Source of the DNA: an uncultured Bacteroidales bacterium
GTDB taxonomy: Bacteria > Bacteroidota > Bacteroidia > Bacteroidales > UBA10428
Reading direction: 5' to 3'
DNA: 64,000 nucleotides
Assembly: GCA_964560225.1 (NCBI GenBank)
Contig: CAZLLD010000002.1
Coordinates: 11,713 to 75,712, forward strand
Below are positions 52,878 through 63,308 of this stretch, piece by piece. The notes beneath the pieces were generated by a model. That model did not search any database, was not told the origin of the DNA, and was given only the letters and a program-made list of their open reading frames with translations. Within the stretch, counting starts at the first letter, position 1, and the number at the start of each line of letters is the position of its first letter. Position numbers and translations under genes: made by a program.

Positions 52878-55001
52878 TTAGGCGCCATGGTTGTTTTTGG
52901 GTACTGCGAAATAGAAGACAGATCCTCCCTCTTTCTTGCTTTCAAACCACAACCGCCCCCCCATAATTTCAGCAATCTTGCGTGCATAATACAGTCCAAG
53001 TCCGGTTCCTCCGAATTTTCTTTTAGCCGACTCATCTATCTGGCGGAATTTTTCAAAAACAATTTCCTTCAACTCTTCAGGGATGCCAATTCCGGTATCC
53101 TCCACATAAAAGACCATAAAATCATGATTTTCCCGGCATCCGTAATGAATAGTTCCTTTATTGGTGAACTTCACTGCATTGTCAAGCACATGCCACATCA
53201 CCTGCTGCATTCGCACCGGATCAGCCGTTACAGTTTCCTGGACGGTATGGGGATGATCGATGACCACGTTGATAAATGGCTTGTTCTTTCGTGCCATGTT
53301 TTCAATTACGGGTTCATTAAGTTGATTGAGAAAATGCCAGATATTCACACGCGAAGGATGCAGTACCAGTGTTCCTGATTCAATTTTAGAAGTATCGATC
53401 AGGTCCTCAATCATGTTGATCAGTATCCGGTTGTTCTTTACTACTTGTTCGTTGTATTCCTTTCGTTTCTCAGGTGTGATGTCATTGCGCAGCAGCAAGC
53501 CCGAAAACCCTGTAATAGCATTAAGCGGCGTTCTGATCTCATGACTCATATTGGCTATGAATGCCGATTTCAGGCGGTCAGATTCTTCGGCTCTCAGCTT
53601 GGCCTTCTCAAGCTCACGAGTTCTTTCGATAACACGTTCTTCGAGGTTCTCCTTGATGCTGATCAGTTCTTGCTCAGCTTTCAATCTTTCATCAATTTCG
53701 CCGGTGAGCCGATCGTTGGCTTTTTTCAAAATCCTGCTGTAATAAATACTCACCCCAATAATAATCAGGGTAAGAATCACAATGGATGCCAGCGTAATTG
53801 TCCTTCGGATCATGTCTTTCACAGCTTCCTGCCTTTCTTTCATCAGGTTGTTGATTTCCCTGTCCTTCATCTCGGTCTTAACCCGCATTTCCACATCGGC
53901 AACGCTTTCCTGAACATGATTGCTATACATGGAATCATACAGCGTCTGGTAATCCTTCAACTCTTCAAAAGCGCTTTTGTAATCACCCAGTGAAAAATAA
54001 ACATCAGAAAGCTCTTTATGGCAATCAGCCTGGTTTTCTACCAGTGAAATCATCCGGGAGTAATGAAGACTTTTCTGAAGGTGTTCAAGGGCTTTTTCAT
54101 AGGATCCGGTTTTTCTGAACACCGAACCCATGCTGATATAACTGTAGGCAATGCCGTATTTATAATTCTCATTTAAGGAGATCGCCAATGCCTTCTTATA
54201 ATATGACAGGCTTTTGGCGAAATCGGACTGCTCTTCGTACGAACTTCCCAGATTGAGATACATCATGGCCATTGAAAGACTGTCTTTGATCTCTTCGTAC
54301 ACCTTCAGGGCCGAAAGGTAATAGCCCAGCGCTTCACGGTACTTCTTGTCATCGCTTAGGATAATTCCGATATTCTGCATGATGGAAGCCTCACCTTCCC
54401 TGTTCTTTTCAATCCGGTACAAATCGAGCGCCTTGCGGTAATAATCCATGGCTTCCGAAGGCCGGTTCATTTCGGAATACAACACGCCGATATTTTGATA
54501 GCTAAGTGCAATCAGCCTGTTATCGGGAATATCCATGGCCAGCTTCAGGGCGGCATGATACGACCTGATGGCCTCATCGTAAATCCCCATATTAAAGGAT
54601 GTAAGACCATATAAATTATGCGTGTAGGCCTTTTTTAAAGAATCACCAGTTTGTTTATATATTTCAAGCAAATTCCTGATGTTTTTTAATGCATCGGGAT
54701 ATTGTTCAATGTCATACTGGAAGTTGGCAATCACTTCAATGGCAGCTGCTTCATCTGCCAATGAACTATTGGCCTTGGCCAGCAGCAGGGCTTCACGTGC
54801 ATATATCAGGCAACTGTCGCTTTTAACTGATGCAAAATAAGAGGCTTTTTTAATTAAAAGGTCCAACTTTCGTTTCTCTGACGCCAAAACCGGGCGCTCT
54901 CCTGATCCGTCATTATCAGGCTTACACCATGCTGGTATGAGGAGTAATGCAGACAGGGCAACAGTCAGTATGGTTTTTATCAGGTGCATGAAGTAACTCA
55001 A
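52878..55001 (-). CDS. TPR-repeat sensor histidine kinase
   Basis: Signal, about ten TPR-like repeats, a TM helix ([20 protein letters not shown]), a coiled coil, the H-box [16 protein letters not shown], and HATPase_c (DTGIGIP, GGTGLGL). Confidence 0.85.
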   Translation of the reverse strand: MSYFMHLIKTILTVALSALLLIPAWCKPDNDGSGERPVLASEKRKLDLLIKKASYFASVKSDSCLIYAREALLLAKANSSLADEAAAIEVIANFQYDIEQYPDALKNIRNLLEIYKQTGDSLKKAYTHNLYGLTSFNMGIYDEAIRSYHAALKLAMDIPDNRLIALSYQNIGVLYSEMNRPSEAMDYYRKALDLYRIEKNREGEASIMQNIGIILSDDKKYREALGYYLSALKVYEEIKDSLSMAMMYLNLGSSYEEQSDFAKSLSYYKKALAISLNENYKYGIAYSYISMGSVFRKTGSYEKALEHLQKSLHYSRMISLVENQADCHKELSDVYFSLGDYKSAFEELKDYQTLYDSMYSNHVQESVADVEMRVKTEMKDREINNLMKERQEAVKDMIRRTITLASIVILTLIIIGVSIYYSRILKKANDRLTGEIDERLKAEQELISIKENLEERVIERTRELEKAKLRAEESDRLKSAFIANMSHEIRTPLNAITGFSGLLLRNDITPEKRKEYNEQVVKNNRILINMIEDLIDTSKIESGTLVLHPSRVNIWHFLNQLNEPVIENMARKNKPFINVVIDHPHTVQETVTADPVRMQQVMWHVLDNAVKFTNKGTIHYGCRENHDFMVFYVEDTGIGIPEELKEIVFEKFRQIDESAKRKFGGTGLGLYYARKIAEIMGGRLWFESKKEGGSVFYFAVPKNNHGA

Positions 55002-55108
55002 CTTCTATAATATTTTGAATACGAAAATAATGAACCAGAGTTGTGCTTTTCGAATTGAAATGCAATTTCATGAGTTCACATTTCATGAATTCAATACTTT
55101 ATACTAAA

Positions 55109-55501
55109 AAAAACAGCAAACCTGTAAGCCGGATTCTGTTTCCTGGTTCCTTGCGGAGCCCGGATCTCCATCATTTGTCTGATCGATCTACCCCCCGGTA
55201 TCAGGCGAGCAACCCTTGGCACCGGTATACGTGATCTTTCAACCCGCAAGACGGACAGCTTATGATGTCACCACCATAACTGGCAGGCTCTTACCCTGCC
55301 TTCTCACCCTTGCTCCGGTTTGGAATGATGCAGATTTTACCAGGTAAAACCCGCAGATCCCATGCCGGGGCGGTCATTCTCTTCTCCGAACCTATGCCCT
55401 CACGAACATCTTCCATTTCGGAAGTGCGGTGCTCTGCGTTGTCCGGACTTTCCTCCCCGCTCCGGAGAACCGGAACGGAGCGATGAAGCGGCTTGCTGCT
55501 T
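55109..55501 (-). ncRNA. rnpB: RNase P RNA (bacterial type A)
   Basis: Minus strand carries GGAGGAAAGTCCGGAC (CR-I), GGTAAGAGCCTGCC, CCGGAGCAAGG and ACAGAATCCGGCTTA (CR-V). P1 pairs AGCAGCAAGCC (55490-55500) with GGTTTGCTGTT (55112-55122). A U-run follows. Confidence 0.9.
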
Positions 55502-56569
55502 TTATTCATGCACCAGATGCACCATGGTGGCTCCAAATCCATACTCCCTGAATGATGCATCCTGATATATAAATTGAGGGTATTTCTCCTGCAATTCTTT
55601 TCTGATTTGCATTTTTAAGGTTCCCTGACCAATGCCATGAATGATCACCAGCCTGCGCATGTTTTTACCGATGGCTTCTTCAATGGCCCCATGAAAGCGA
55701 CTCATCTGGAGAGACAGGATGGCTGCCGGGGTTAACTGGCTGTTTTTCATAGTAATTTCGTCCAGGTGCAAATCCACTTCAAGTGTGTCGGAACTTTCTT
55801 CTTTCTTTTTCTGCCTGCCTTCGCGTGAGTTATCAGCCTCATTCTTCAATGCTTTGACCTCATCGGGTACAACAATCTCATCGGAAACATCAGGCAGTTC
55901 ATCACCGGCTACAGTAAACAATACTGCTTTTTCAACAAAGTAGTCGTTTTCTCTGAAATAACTTTCCTTGCTGAAATTCACCAGGTTCAGACTAATCAGT
56001 TTATCAACAGGCGCTTTTTTCATGTATCTTCCCCGACTCAGAAAAAGTGCCTGAACATGGATGTCACTGATTTTACTGAGCGTGGTATGGTCGAATGATG
56101 CAATATAACATTTCGTATCCGGTTCAATCATACCTGAAGAGATATAATGCAGCACACCTGCTGTTTTTTCTCCCATTTGATAATACAAAGAGTATGCCGA
56201 ATCATTGATCAGATAACATGCCAGGTTGCTTGCAAAAACCGGACCGGGGTTTTCCGGAACAATACCCAGCAACAACTGAACCGGAGTATCGGCAGGCAGG
56301 TTGGCCGGCAATTCAACAACCACGGCCTTTTCTGTCTTTTTCGGCTCACTTTGCCTTGATTTTACAGGTGCAGGCTTTGCGGGCTGGATCTCATCCTGCT
56401 CCCTGTTAACCGTAAAACCTCCGGCAATCACAAGTTCTTTTTCACTTACCGGTATTTCAAATCCGTCTTCGGTAAGTACATATACCTGTCCCTGCTGATC
56501 ATAACGAATCACACTGCCGCCACCCACATCATTGAGAAAACGAACCCGGTCACCTTTTTTAAACTTCAT
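55502..56569 (-). CDS. Smr-domain protein (DUF2027-type N-region plus C-terminal Smr/MutS2-like nuclease domain)
   Basis: Start at MKFKKGDRVRFLNDVGGG. C-terminal Smr block LVIIHGIGQGTLKMQIRKELQ. Confidence 0.75.
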   Translation of the reverse strand: MKFKKGDRVRFLNDVGGGSVIRYDQQGQVYVLTEDGFEIPVSEKELVIAGGFTVNREQDEIQPAKPAPVKSRQSEPKKTEKAVVVELPANLPADTPVQLLLGIVPENPGPVFASNLACYLINDSAYSLYYQMGEKTAGVLHYISSGMIEPDTKCYIASFDHTTLSKISDIHVQALFLSRGRYMKKAPVDKLISLNLVNFSKESYFRENDYFVEKAVLFTVAGDELPDVSDEIVVPDEVKALKNEADNSREGRQKKKEESSDTLEVDLHLDEITMKNSQLTPAAILSLQMSRFHGAIEEAIGKNMRRLVIIHGIGQGTLKMQIRKELQEKYPQFIYQDASFREYGFGATMVHLVHE

Positions 56570-56619
56570 AGTTGCCCTGTAATTTGCAGTGCAAAAATAG
56601 TTAATTTTGCGGGCCAATT

Positions 56620-57852
56620 ATGACCACCTTGAAACCATTTGAAAATATTCGTCCCGACCAATATGATTATGAGCTCCCTGATGATCGCATTGCTTTGTTC
56701 CCGGCTGAAACCAGAGATCTTTCCAAATTGCTGATCAGAAGCCGCGACGGAGCACTCAGCCAGGATGTTTTCAGCAATATTGCCTCCTATTTGCCCAAAG
56801 GCACCAACCTGTTCTTCAACAACTCAAAAGTAATTCCTGCCCGGTTGATATTCACCAAAGAAACCGGTTCCAGGGTTGAAATATTCTGTCTCAGACCCCT
56901 GCAACCTTCAAATTATACTCAATCACTGTCATCTGCCGGATCCTGCACATGGGAATGTATGGTTGGCAATTTGAAACGGTTTGGCAATGAACCGCTTCAA
57001 ATGGATATAAATATCAACAAAGAGAAGATCTTTCTGAAAGCGGAAAAAACATCACAACAAGGTAATATGGTCAAGGTGCTGTTTACCTGGAATGGCCCCG
57101 GTGTTAGTTTTGCTGAAATACTTGACCATGCCGGAAAAACTCCGCTACCGCCCTACATTAAAAGAGAGGTTACCGCGATGGACAGGTTCCGGTACCAAAC
57201 CATCTATTCACAACACGAGGGATCTGTTGCAGCACCCACAGCCGGCTTACATTTTACCGATCAGGTATTTCATTCGCTGGCAGAAAAAAACATTACCTGC
57301 CACCAGATCACCTTACATGTGGGTGCCGGCACATTCCAGCCAGTTAAAGCAGACAGGATCACGGAACACAAAATGCATGGTGAAGATATTGTGGTTAATT
57401 CCAGCCTGCTGAACCTTCTTTCAGGACTTCCCGGACGAGTTGCCTGTGTTGGCACTACTTCTGTGCGTACTCTTGAAAGTTTGTACTGGCTGGGAGTCAA
57501 AATCATCAAATCAGGGAACCCGGATCCTGCAGAACTGAAGCTCGATCAATGGGAGGCCTATCATCTCGATGGTTCCCATACACTGAAGGAATCATTTGAA
57601 GCGTTTGCAACGTGGTTCAGCAAGCAAAAATGCGAGGAATTAACTGCTTCTACCAGCCTGATGATTTTACCCGGGTACCGGTTCAGGGTTACAGATACGC
57701 TGATAACTAATTTTCATCAGCCCCGCAGCACTCTGTTGCTGCTTATTGCCGCATTTATAGGTGAATCGTGGAAAGAAACCTATTCCTATGCACTTGAAAA
57801 CGGATTCAGGTTTCTGAGCTATGGTGACAGCTCTCTATTCTTTAACAGTTGA
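56620..57852 (+). CDS. queA: S-adenosylmethionine:tRNA ribosyltransferase-isomerase
   Basis: DYELPDDRIALFPAETRDLSKLL, PLPPYIKR, YQTIYS...GSVAAPTAGLHFT, TLHVGAGTF and VGTTSVRTLES. Confidence 0.9.
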   Translation: MTTLKPFENIRPDQYDYELPDDRIALFPAETRDLSKLLIRSRDGALSQDVFSNIASYLPKGTNLFFNNSKVIPARLIFTKETGSRVEIFCLRPLQPSNYTQSLSSAGSCTWECMVGNLKRFGNEPLQMDININKEKIFLKAEKTSQQGNMVKVLFTWNGPGVSFAEILDHAGKTPLPPYIKREVTAMDRFRYQTIYSQHEGSVAAPTAGLHFTDQVFHSLAEKNITCHQITLHVGAGTFQPVKADRITEHKMHGEDIVVNSSLLNLLSGLPGRVACVGTTSVRTLESLYWLGVKIIKSGNPDPAELKLDQWEAYHLDGSHTLKESFEAFATWFSKQKCEELTASTSLMILPGYRFRVTDTLITNFHQPRSTLLLLIAAFIGESWKETYSYALENGFRFLSYGDSSLFFNS

Positions 57853-57858
57853 GTATTG

Positions 57859-58899
57859 CTAACGATTCAAAAGTCGCTTCAGCAAAGAAGCAAAATTTTC
57901 TATATCTTCTTCAGTTGTATCAAACGAGGTCATCCACCTTACTTCGTTCCGGCTTTCGTCCCACATATAAAAAAAATACTGATCCATCAACGGCTTGATA
58001 ATTCGTTCGGGGATAATTGCAAATACCGCATTGGATTGTACCTTTTGGGTCACCTGTACTCCGGTCAAATCTTTCACACGATCATACAGTAGCTGTGCCA
58101 TTCTGTTGGCATGTTGCGCGTTCATTTTCCAAATGTTGCTTTCGAGATAGGCAGTAAACTGTGCTCCAATGAAACGCATTTTCGAAATTAACTGTGTACT
58201 TTGCTTCCGGTAGTATCTGAAATCCTTTGCCAGTTCCCTGTTGAAAAACACAACAGCCTCACCAAACATCATCCCGTTTTTGGTCCCGCCAAAAGACAAT
58301 ACATCTACACCGGCCTCGGCGGTAAATTCCCTGAAACCAAGATCCAGGCTTACTGCGGCATTGGCAATCCGGGCTCCGTCGGCATGCAGATAAAGTCCGT
58401 ATTCCTTTGCCAGTTTCGACAATGCTTTTATTTCTCCCGGTGTATAAACCGTGCCCATTTCAGTCGACTGGCTGATGGAGATCACCCCGGGTTGTGCATG
58501 ATGTTCAAATCCGAAACCATGCAGGTGTTTTTTCACCGCATCAGGAGTAAGTTTCCCATCGGGTGTGTCAACAGTAAGCAGTTTGCAGTTGCAGAACTTT
58601 TCCGGTGCACCGCATTCATCAACGTTGATATGTGATGTTGATGCACAGATCACCGAATTTATTGATTTGGTGAGCGAAGCAAGGCTTAGTACATTGGCTC
58701 CCGTACCTGTGAGAACAAAATACACATCGATCCCTTCACTGAAGTATTTCCTGAAAGCTTTTTCTGCATTTCTGGTGTATATATCATCGCCATAGGCTAT
58801 AACATGCCCTGCATTGGCTTGCTGAATTGCCTCTAGCAATAAGGGATGAATACCTGCGTTATTGTCACTTGCAAAACCGCGTGTAATGCTTGAATTCAT
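57859..58899 (-). CDS. ltaE: Low-specificity L-threonine aldolase (beta-eliminating lyase family, PLP)
   Basis: FASDNNAGIHP, YGDD and the PLP-lysine region LSFGGTKNG. ~346 aa. Confidence 0.85.
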   Translation of the reverse strand: MNSSITRGFASDNNAGIHPLLLEAIQQANAGHVIAYGDDIYTRNAEKAFRKYFSEGIDVYFVLTGTGANVLSLASLTKSINSVICASTSHINVDECGAPEKFCNCKLLTVDTPDGKLTPDAVKKHLHGFGFEHHAQPGVISISQSTEMGTVYTPGEIKALSKLAKEYGLYLHADGARIANAAVSLDLGFREFTAEAGVDVLSFGGTKNGMMFGEAVVFFNRELAKDFRYYRKQSTQLISKMRFIGAQFTAYLESNIWKMNAQHANRMAQLLYDRVKDLTGVQVTQKVQSNAVFAIIPERIIKPLMDQYFFYMWDESRNEVRWMTSFDTTEEDIENFASLLKRLLNR

Positions 58900-58952
58900 T
58901 GTTCAGCTATTGAACCGGAAATGTAGAAAAAAAACAGAAGTGAGGGCTTTAT

Positions 58953-59447
58953 TTACCTGTCTTTTTTTTCACTGGCAACAAATTCAAGGGCAAGTGAATT
59001 GATACAATACCTGAGGCCAGTGGGTTTCGGCCCATCATCAAAAACATGTCCGAGGTGCGATCCGCACCGGGCACAAAGTACTTCGGTACGCAACATACCA
59101 TGGCTTTTGTCGGTCTGCAACACGATGGTCTTTTTGCTGCGGGCATCATAGAAACTCGGCCAACCGCTTCCCGAATCATACTTTGTATCGGAATCAAACA
59201 AATGGTTTCCACAAGCTGCACATTGGTAATGTCCCTTCTGATAAAAATTGTAGTATTTACCACTTCCCGGCAGCTCAGTAGCTTTCAACCGGCATATATT
59301 ATACTGTTCGGGAGTCAGTTTTGCTTTCCATTCAGCTTCACTTTTAATCACTTGATCCATTTCTTTGTTGTTGGTAGTTTGTTGCCCGCTCACTGTTATG
59401 AGTTTCAAAAGGAGTATCGATAAAACAATAAACCGCTTCATGATCAT
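58953..59447 (-). CDS. msrB: Peptide-methionine (R)-S-oxide reductase MsrB with N-terminal signal peptide
   Basis: Two CxxC zinc motifs (CAAC, CARC), [15 protein letters not shown], and the catalytic RYCINS. N-terminus [23 protein letters not shown]. Confidence 0.9.
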   Translation of the reverse strand: MIMKRFIVLSILLLKLITVSGQQTTNNKEMDQVIKSEAEWKAKLTPEQYNICRLKATELPGSGKYYNFYQKGHYQCAACGNHLFDSDTKYDSGSGWPSFYDARSKKTIVLQTDKSHGMLRTEVLCARCGSHLGHVFDDGPKPTGLRYCINSLALEFVASEKKDR

Positions 59448-59583
59448 ATATTATAGTTTTTTGGCAGGCAGTCCGGGCAAATAATGAATGATGGTTTCAC
59501 TCGTTATCTTGTGTGCTTTGGGCATGCCCTGCAAAGCCTGCATAATAATAACAACCAAACAGGATAATAGTTGAAAGCATTTA

Positions 59584-59591
59584 CTATTTTT
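59584..59591 (+). promoter_or_regulatory. Candidate -7 box (TAnnTTTG)
   Basis: TATTTTTG lies 66 nt upstream of the ATG at 59657. Confidence 0.3.
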
Positions 59592-59656
59592 GCTACGTTT
59601 TTGTCACCTGAGCTTTTAATTCAAATTTCGAATTATTACTGTTACATTTTTGTTTT

Positions 59657-62248
59657 ATGTTGCGAATTGCATTATTTAGCATAGCCTTTGTGCTATTTGC
59701 GGTTAATCTGAATGCTCAGATTTCTGAAGGTGGAACCCCTTATTCCTTCTCACTTTTCAGCTTGAAAAGCACCAAATCAGTTCCTGTAATCGGTTTGGAA
59801 AAACTGGATATTGAGAAACTCAGGAATGATGCAATTCAAAATAACCTGCCCTGTCGTTTCGGAATTTACAAGGATACACTGATTGATCTGAAAGCCAGGG
59901 CAAAAGTGGATTTAATCAATGGGATAGGCAAGATTTGGAGACTTGAGATCCGAAACGAAACAGCACTTTCACTGCAGGTTACTTTTAACGAATTTGTGGT
60001 ACCCGAAGGAGCTGAATTGTTTCTTTACAATGAGGACAGAACACTTATTTCAGGTGCTTTTACAAAGCGCAACATGCGCGATGATTTACAGTTTGTAATT
60101 GCAGATTTCAGAGGAAACCATGTTATACTTGAATACTTTGAACCTGACAATCCGGAATACGAAGGTCAACTTACTATTGCTTCGCTTGGGCAGGGTTATG
60201 AAGATCCTTTTCTATCGGAAAGTGCAGGCCTCGAATTTATCAATATCAATTGTCCCGAAGGCAAAGATGCTCAGATGATCAAACATGCCGTTTGCCGAAT
60301 GGCTTTTAGATCAGGAGGTGCCGAATCCTATTGTTCTGGTGCCCTTATCAACAATATCAAGCAGGATGAAACTCCCTTTTTTCTGACAGCCAATCACTGC
60401 ATCAACACGAGTTTGGAAGCTTCAAGTTTAATTACTTATTTCAATTACGAGGTAACAGGTTGTAATGGCGATCTGGCAGATTATAAGACGCTTACCGGCG
60501 GAGCTACTTTGCTTACCACCGGCGAATCTTCTGATTTTACATTGCTTAAACTTAAAGAGAACCCGCCTGTTTCATATCAACCCTATTTTGCAGGCTGGAA
60601 TGCTTACGATTCTGCTGACAACTATGTCACCAGTGTTCACGTTCCGTTCCAACAAACCAAAAAAATATCTATTGAATATGACAGCATATTCTCATGCCCT
60701 ATTGAGGTCACCTGGGATGATGAATCGGTATCACCCATCGGGAGCCATTGGGTAGTTGCGTTTGATCTGGGAAAATCTGTTGGTGGCTCATCAGGCGGAC
60801 CGCTTTTTAATAAGCATAACCAGATCATAGGCCAACTGCATGGCGGTGATGACGATTTCAAGTTTTACGGCAAAATGAGCCATTCCTATAACTTGAAAAG
60901 TAGAAACTATCCTTCGATACGCAGTTTTGTTGATCCCGACTCAACCGGCATTATGGAATTGGGCGGATACAGCCCCGAAAACATTGCTCCGGATGCTTTT
61001 TTCACTGCAGAAGCAGAACTGGTTTGTGTCAATACACCTGTACGTTTTAAAGATTATTCCGCTTTTGGTCCTTATGACAGAAAGTGGAATATTACGCCGG
61101 CGACGTTTTCGTTTCTTGAAGGCACCTCTGAAACTTCAGCCGACCCGGTTGTTGAGTTTCATGACAACGCAAGTTATACCGTTAACCTTGAACTTTCAGT
61201 TGGTGGATTGCTTAAATCTACTGAATCAATGATCATCAAAGCTGGCAACGAAATTGCAATAGGCGTCACTTCCAGGGTGCCTGATGAAATGTGCGACTGT
61301 GATTTTGATTCAGTTATGTTGGTTGGAAAAGGCGGGGATGAATACAGCTGGGAATTGGCAACAGGTGCAGAGGAAATATTAAGATTGAGCAGAACATCGG
61401 GAGACACTGTTTACGTTTCCAGAAAACCTGGTTTTATAGCCAGCGATAATTATGAGGTAAATGTTATTGTATCCGGAACAAAAAACACCTGCTCCGGGAC
61501 AAATCAGTTTCTGATGTCAATCCTGAAACCCTTTAATGACAACATCGGCAATGCTGTTCAATTGGGCTTTGGGAAAACCGATGATTACACCAATGTTTGT
61601 GCTACCACCGAAGAAGGAGAACCTTTTCCTCCTTTTACTTCCTGTACATCACAAATGTCGTGGTGCGACGAATGCCTGAATGGAACCGGAATTCTCCAAA
61701 ACAGTGTTTGGTTTAAATTTATACCTGAAGAAACTGGAAAAATCAGTATTTCATCAACCGGATTCGACAATCAGATAGCTTTGTATGATGCCGAATCTGC
61801 TGAATCGTTGCTCAACAACAACTACGTTTTGTTAGCTGCCAATGACGACCGGTCCAGTTCCGATCCCAGGCCTTTGATAAGATCCCAATCAGTCATAGCA
61901 GGAAAAACATATTGGATTCAGGTTGACGGAAGTTACTGTGGTGCTGTGGATGACTTTTATCTGGTTATTACAGACCTTACTACAGGTATCCTGAAAACCG
62001 AATCCGAAAATCTGGAGATTTATCCCCAGCCAGCTTTCGGTCAGGTAAAAATTAAAGGAGAAGAGCTTTCAGGTTCTGATGTGAAAATCATCGTTTACAG
62101 TGTTTCCGGTCAACAGGTGTTCTCCGGGAGTGCAGCTGTTGCTGATGGCGAAATTCTCTTCGATGTATCTTTCCTGGAATCGGGAGTGTATATTTTGAGC
62201 ATGAATACCGGCAACCGGTTGTATATTTCCAGAATGATCAAAAACTGA
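59657..62248 (+). CDS. Secreted trypsin-fold serine endopeptidase with PKD-like and PPC-like domains and a T9SS C-terminal sorting domain
   Basis: Signal peptide. Catalytic triad context: FLTANHC (His), SDFTLLKL (Asp), GGSSGGPLF (Ser). C-terminus LEIYPQPAFGQVKIKG...GVYILSMNTGNRLYISRMIKN is typical of the Por secretion tail. Confidence 0.8.
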   Translation: MLRIALFSIAFVLFAVNLNAQISEGGTPYSFSLFSLKSTKSVPVIGLEKLDIEKLRNDAIQNNLPCRFGIYKDTLIDLKARAKVDLINGIGKIWRLEIRNETALSLQVTFNEFVVPEGAELFLYNEDRTLISGAFTKRNMRDDLQFVIADFRGNHVILEYFEPDNPEYEGQLTIASLGQGYEDPFLSESAGLEFININCPEGKDAQMIKHAVCRMAFRSGGAESYCSGALINNIKQDETPFFLTANHCINTSLEASSLITYFNYEVTGCNGDLADYKTLTGGATLLTTGESSDFTLLKLKENPPVSYQPYFAGWNAYDSADNYVTSVHVPFQQTKKISIEYDSIFSCPIEVTWDDESVSPIGSHWVVAFDLGKSVGGSSGGPLFNKHNQIIGQLHGGDDDFKFYGKMSHSYNLKSRNYPSIRSFVDPDSTGIMELGGYSPENIAPDAFFTAEAELVCVNTPVRFKDYSAFGPYDRKWNITPATFSFLEGTSETSADPVVEFHDNASYTVNLELSVGGLLKSTESMIIKAGNEIAIGVTSRVPDEMCDCDFDSVMLVGKGGDEYSWELATGAEEILRLSRTSGDTVYVSRKPGFIASDNYEVNVIVSGTKNTCSGTNQFLMSILKPFNDNIGNAVQLGFGKTDDYTNVCATTEEGEPFPPFTSCTSQMSWCDECLNGTGILQNSVWFKFIPEETGKISISSTGFDNQIALYDAESAESLLNNNYVLLAANDDRSSSDPRPLIRSQSVIAGKTYWIQVDGSYCGAVDDFYLVITDLTTGILKTESENLEIYPQPAFGQVKIKGEELSGSDVKIIVYSVSGQQVFSGSAAVADGEILFDVSFLESGVYILSMNTGNRLYISRMIKN

Positions 62249-62259
62249 CTTTTTTCTGC

Positions 62260-63297
62260 ATGCCCGAAAAAGAGGATTTGATTGGTTGCACCCAGGCTGA
62301 TATTGCGGTTCTGGTGAGATCTTGTGAAATGCCGGGATATACATCAAAACAACTTACCCAATGGCTTTACAAGAAGAAGATTGCTTCTATTGATGAAATG
62401 ACCAATCTTTCAAAGGCTGTAAGAGAAAAACTGAAGGAATTATATGTTTTAGGTTTATCAGCGCCTGAAAAAGTCCAGGTTTCATCCGACGGCACTAAAA
62501 AATACCTGTTCAGAGTCGGGAATGGCAGATATGTTGAATCGGTTTTTATACCTGAAACCGATCGTTCAACGCTTTGCATTTCTACGCAGGTGGGCTGTCA
62601 GATGGGTTGTGCATTCTGCATGACAGGCAAACAGGGTTTTCATGGCAACCTGTCAGCAGGGGAAATCCTGAACCAAATCATGTCGCTTCCTGAAAGAGAC
62701 AGCCTGACCAATTTTGTGTTTATGGGCATGGGTGAACCGCTCGCCAATACGGGGAATTTATTGAAGTGCCTTGAGATCATGACTTCATCGTATGGATTTT
62801 GCATCAGCCCGTCGCGCATAACAGTTTCTACAATTGGTGTAATTCCCGGTATGGAGCAAATCATTAGCCATAGCCGTTGTCATATCGCTGTAAGCCTGCA
62901 TACCCCTTTTGAAGATGAGCGACTGCAAATAATGCCTTCTGAAAAAGTTTTTCCAATAAAGCGGGTTGTGGAATTACTCAGAAAGAGTAATATTGAAAGG
63001 CAACGCAGAATTTCCTTTGAATATATCATGTTCAAAGATTTTAATGATACGGCACGACATGTTAACGGGCTCACCAGGCTTCTCAACGGACTCCGGTGCA
63101 GAATCAACCTGATCCGCTTTCACCCTGTTCCCGGGGTGCCATTTGAAAGCTCAGATGAAGATACCATTCAGTGGTTCAAACAAAGGCTCAATGAAAAAGG
63201 GTTGCTCACTACCATACGAGCATCACGCGGACTTGATATTCTTGCCGCATGCGGGATGCTTTCTACCAGGCACCAGCGTCGGGAGTCTGATGAATAA
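62260..63297 (+). CDS. rlmN: 23S rRNA (adenine2503-C2)-methyltransferase / tRNA m2A37 methyltransferase
   Basis: Radical-SAM CQMGCAFCMTG, GMGEPLAN, and the C-terminal conserved Cys region (GLDILAACGML). Confidence 0.92.
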   Translation: MPEKEDLIGCTQADIAVLVRSCEMPGYTSKQLTQWLYKKKIASIDEMTNLSKAVREKLKELYVLGLSAPEKVQVSSDGTKKYLFRVGNGRYVESVFIPETDRSTLCISTQVGCQMGCAFCMTGKQGFHGNLSAGEILNQIMSLPERDSLTNFVFMGMGEPLANTGNLLKCLEIMTSSYGFCISPSRITVSTIGVIPGMEQIISHSRCHIAVSLHTPFEDERLQIMPSEKVFPIKRVVELLRKSNIERQRRISFEYIMFKDFNDTARHVNGLTRLLNGLRCRINLIRFHPVPGVPFESSDEDTIQWFKQRLNEKGLLTTIRASRGLDILAACGMLSTRHQRRESDE

Positions 63298-63308
63298 CTC
63301 ATGGCAGT

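Noticed and set aside
55291-55565. ORFs of 89 aa (minus) and 67 aa (plus)
   Set aside because: They lie entirely within the RNase P RNA gene, where structured-RNA sequence gives chance ORFs.
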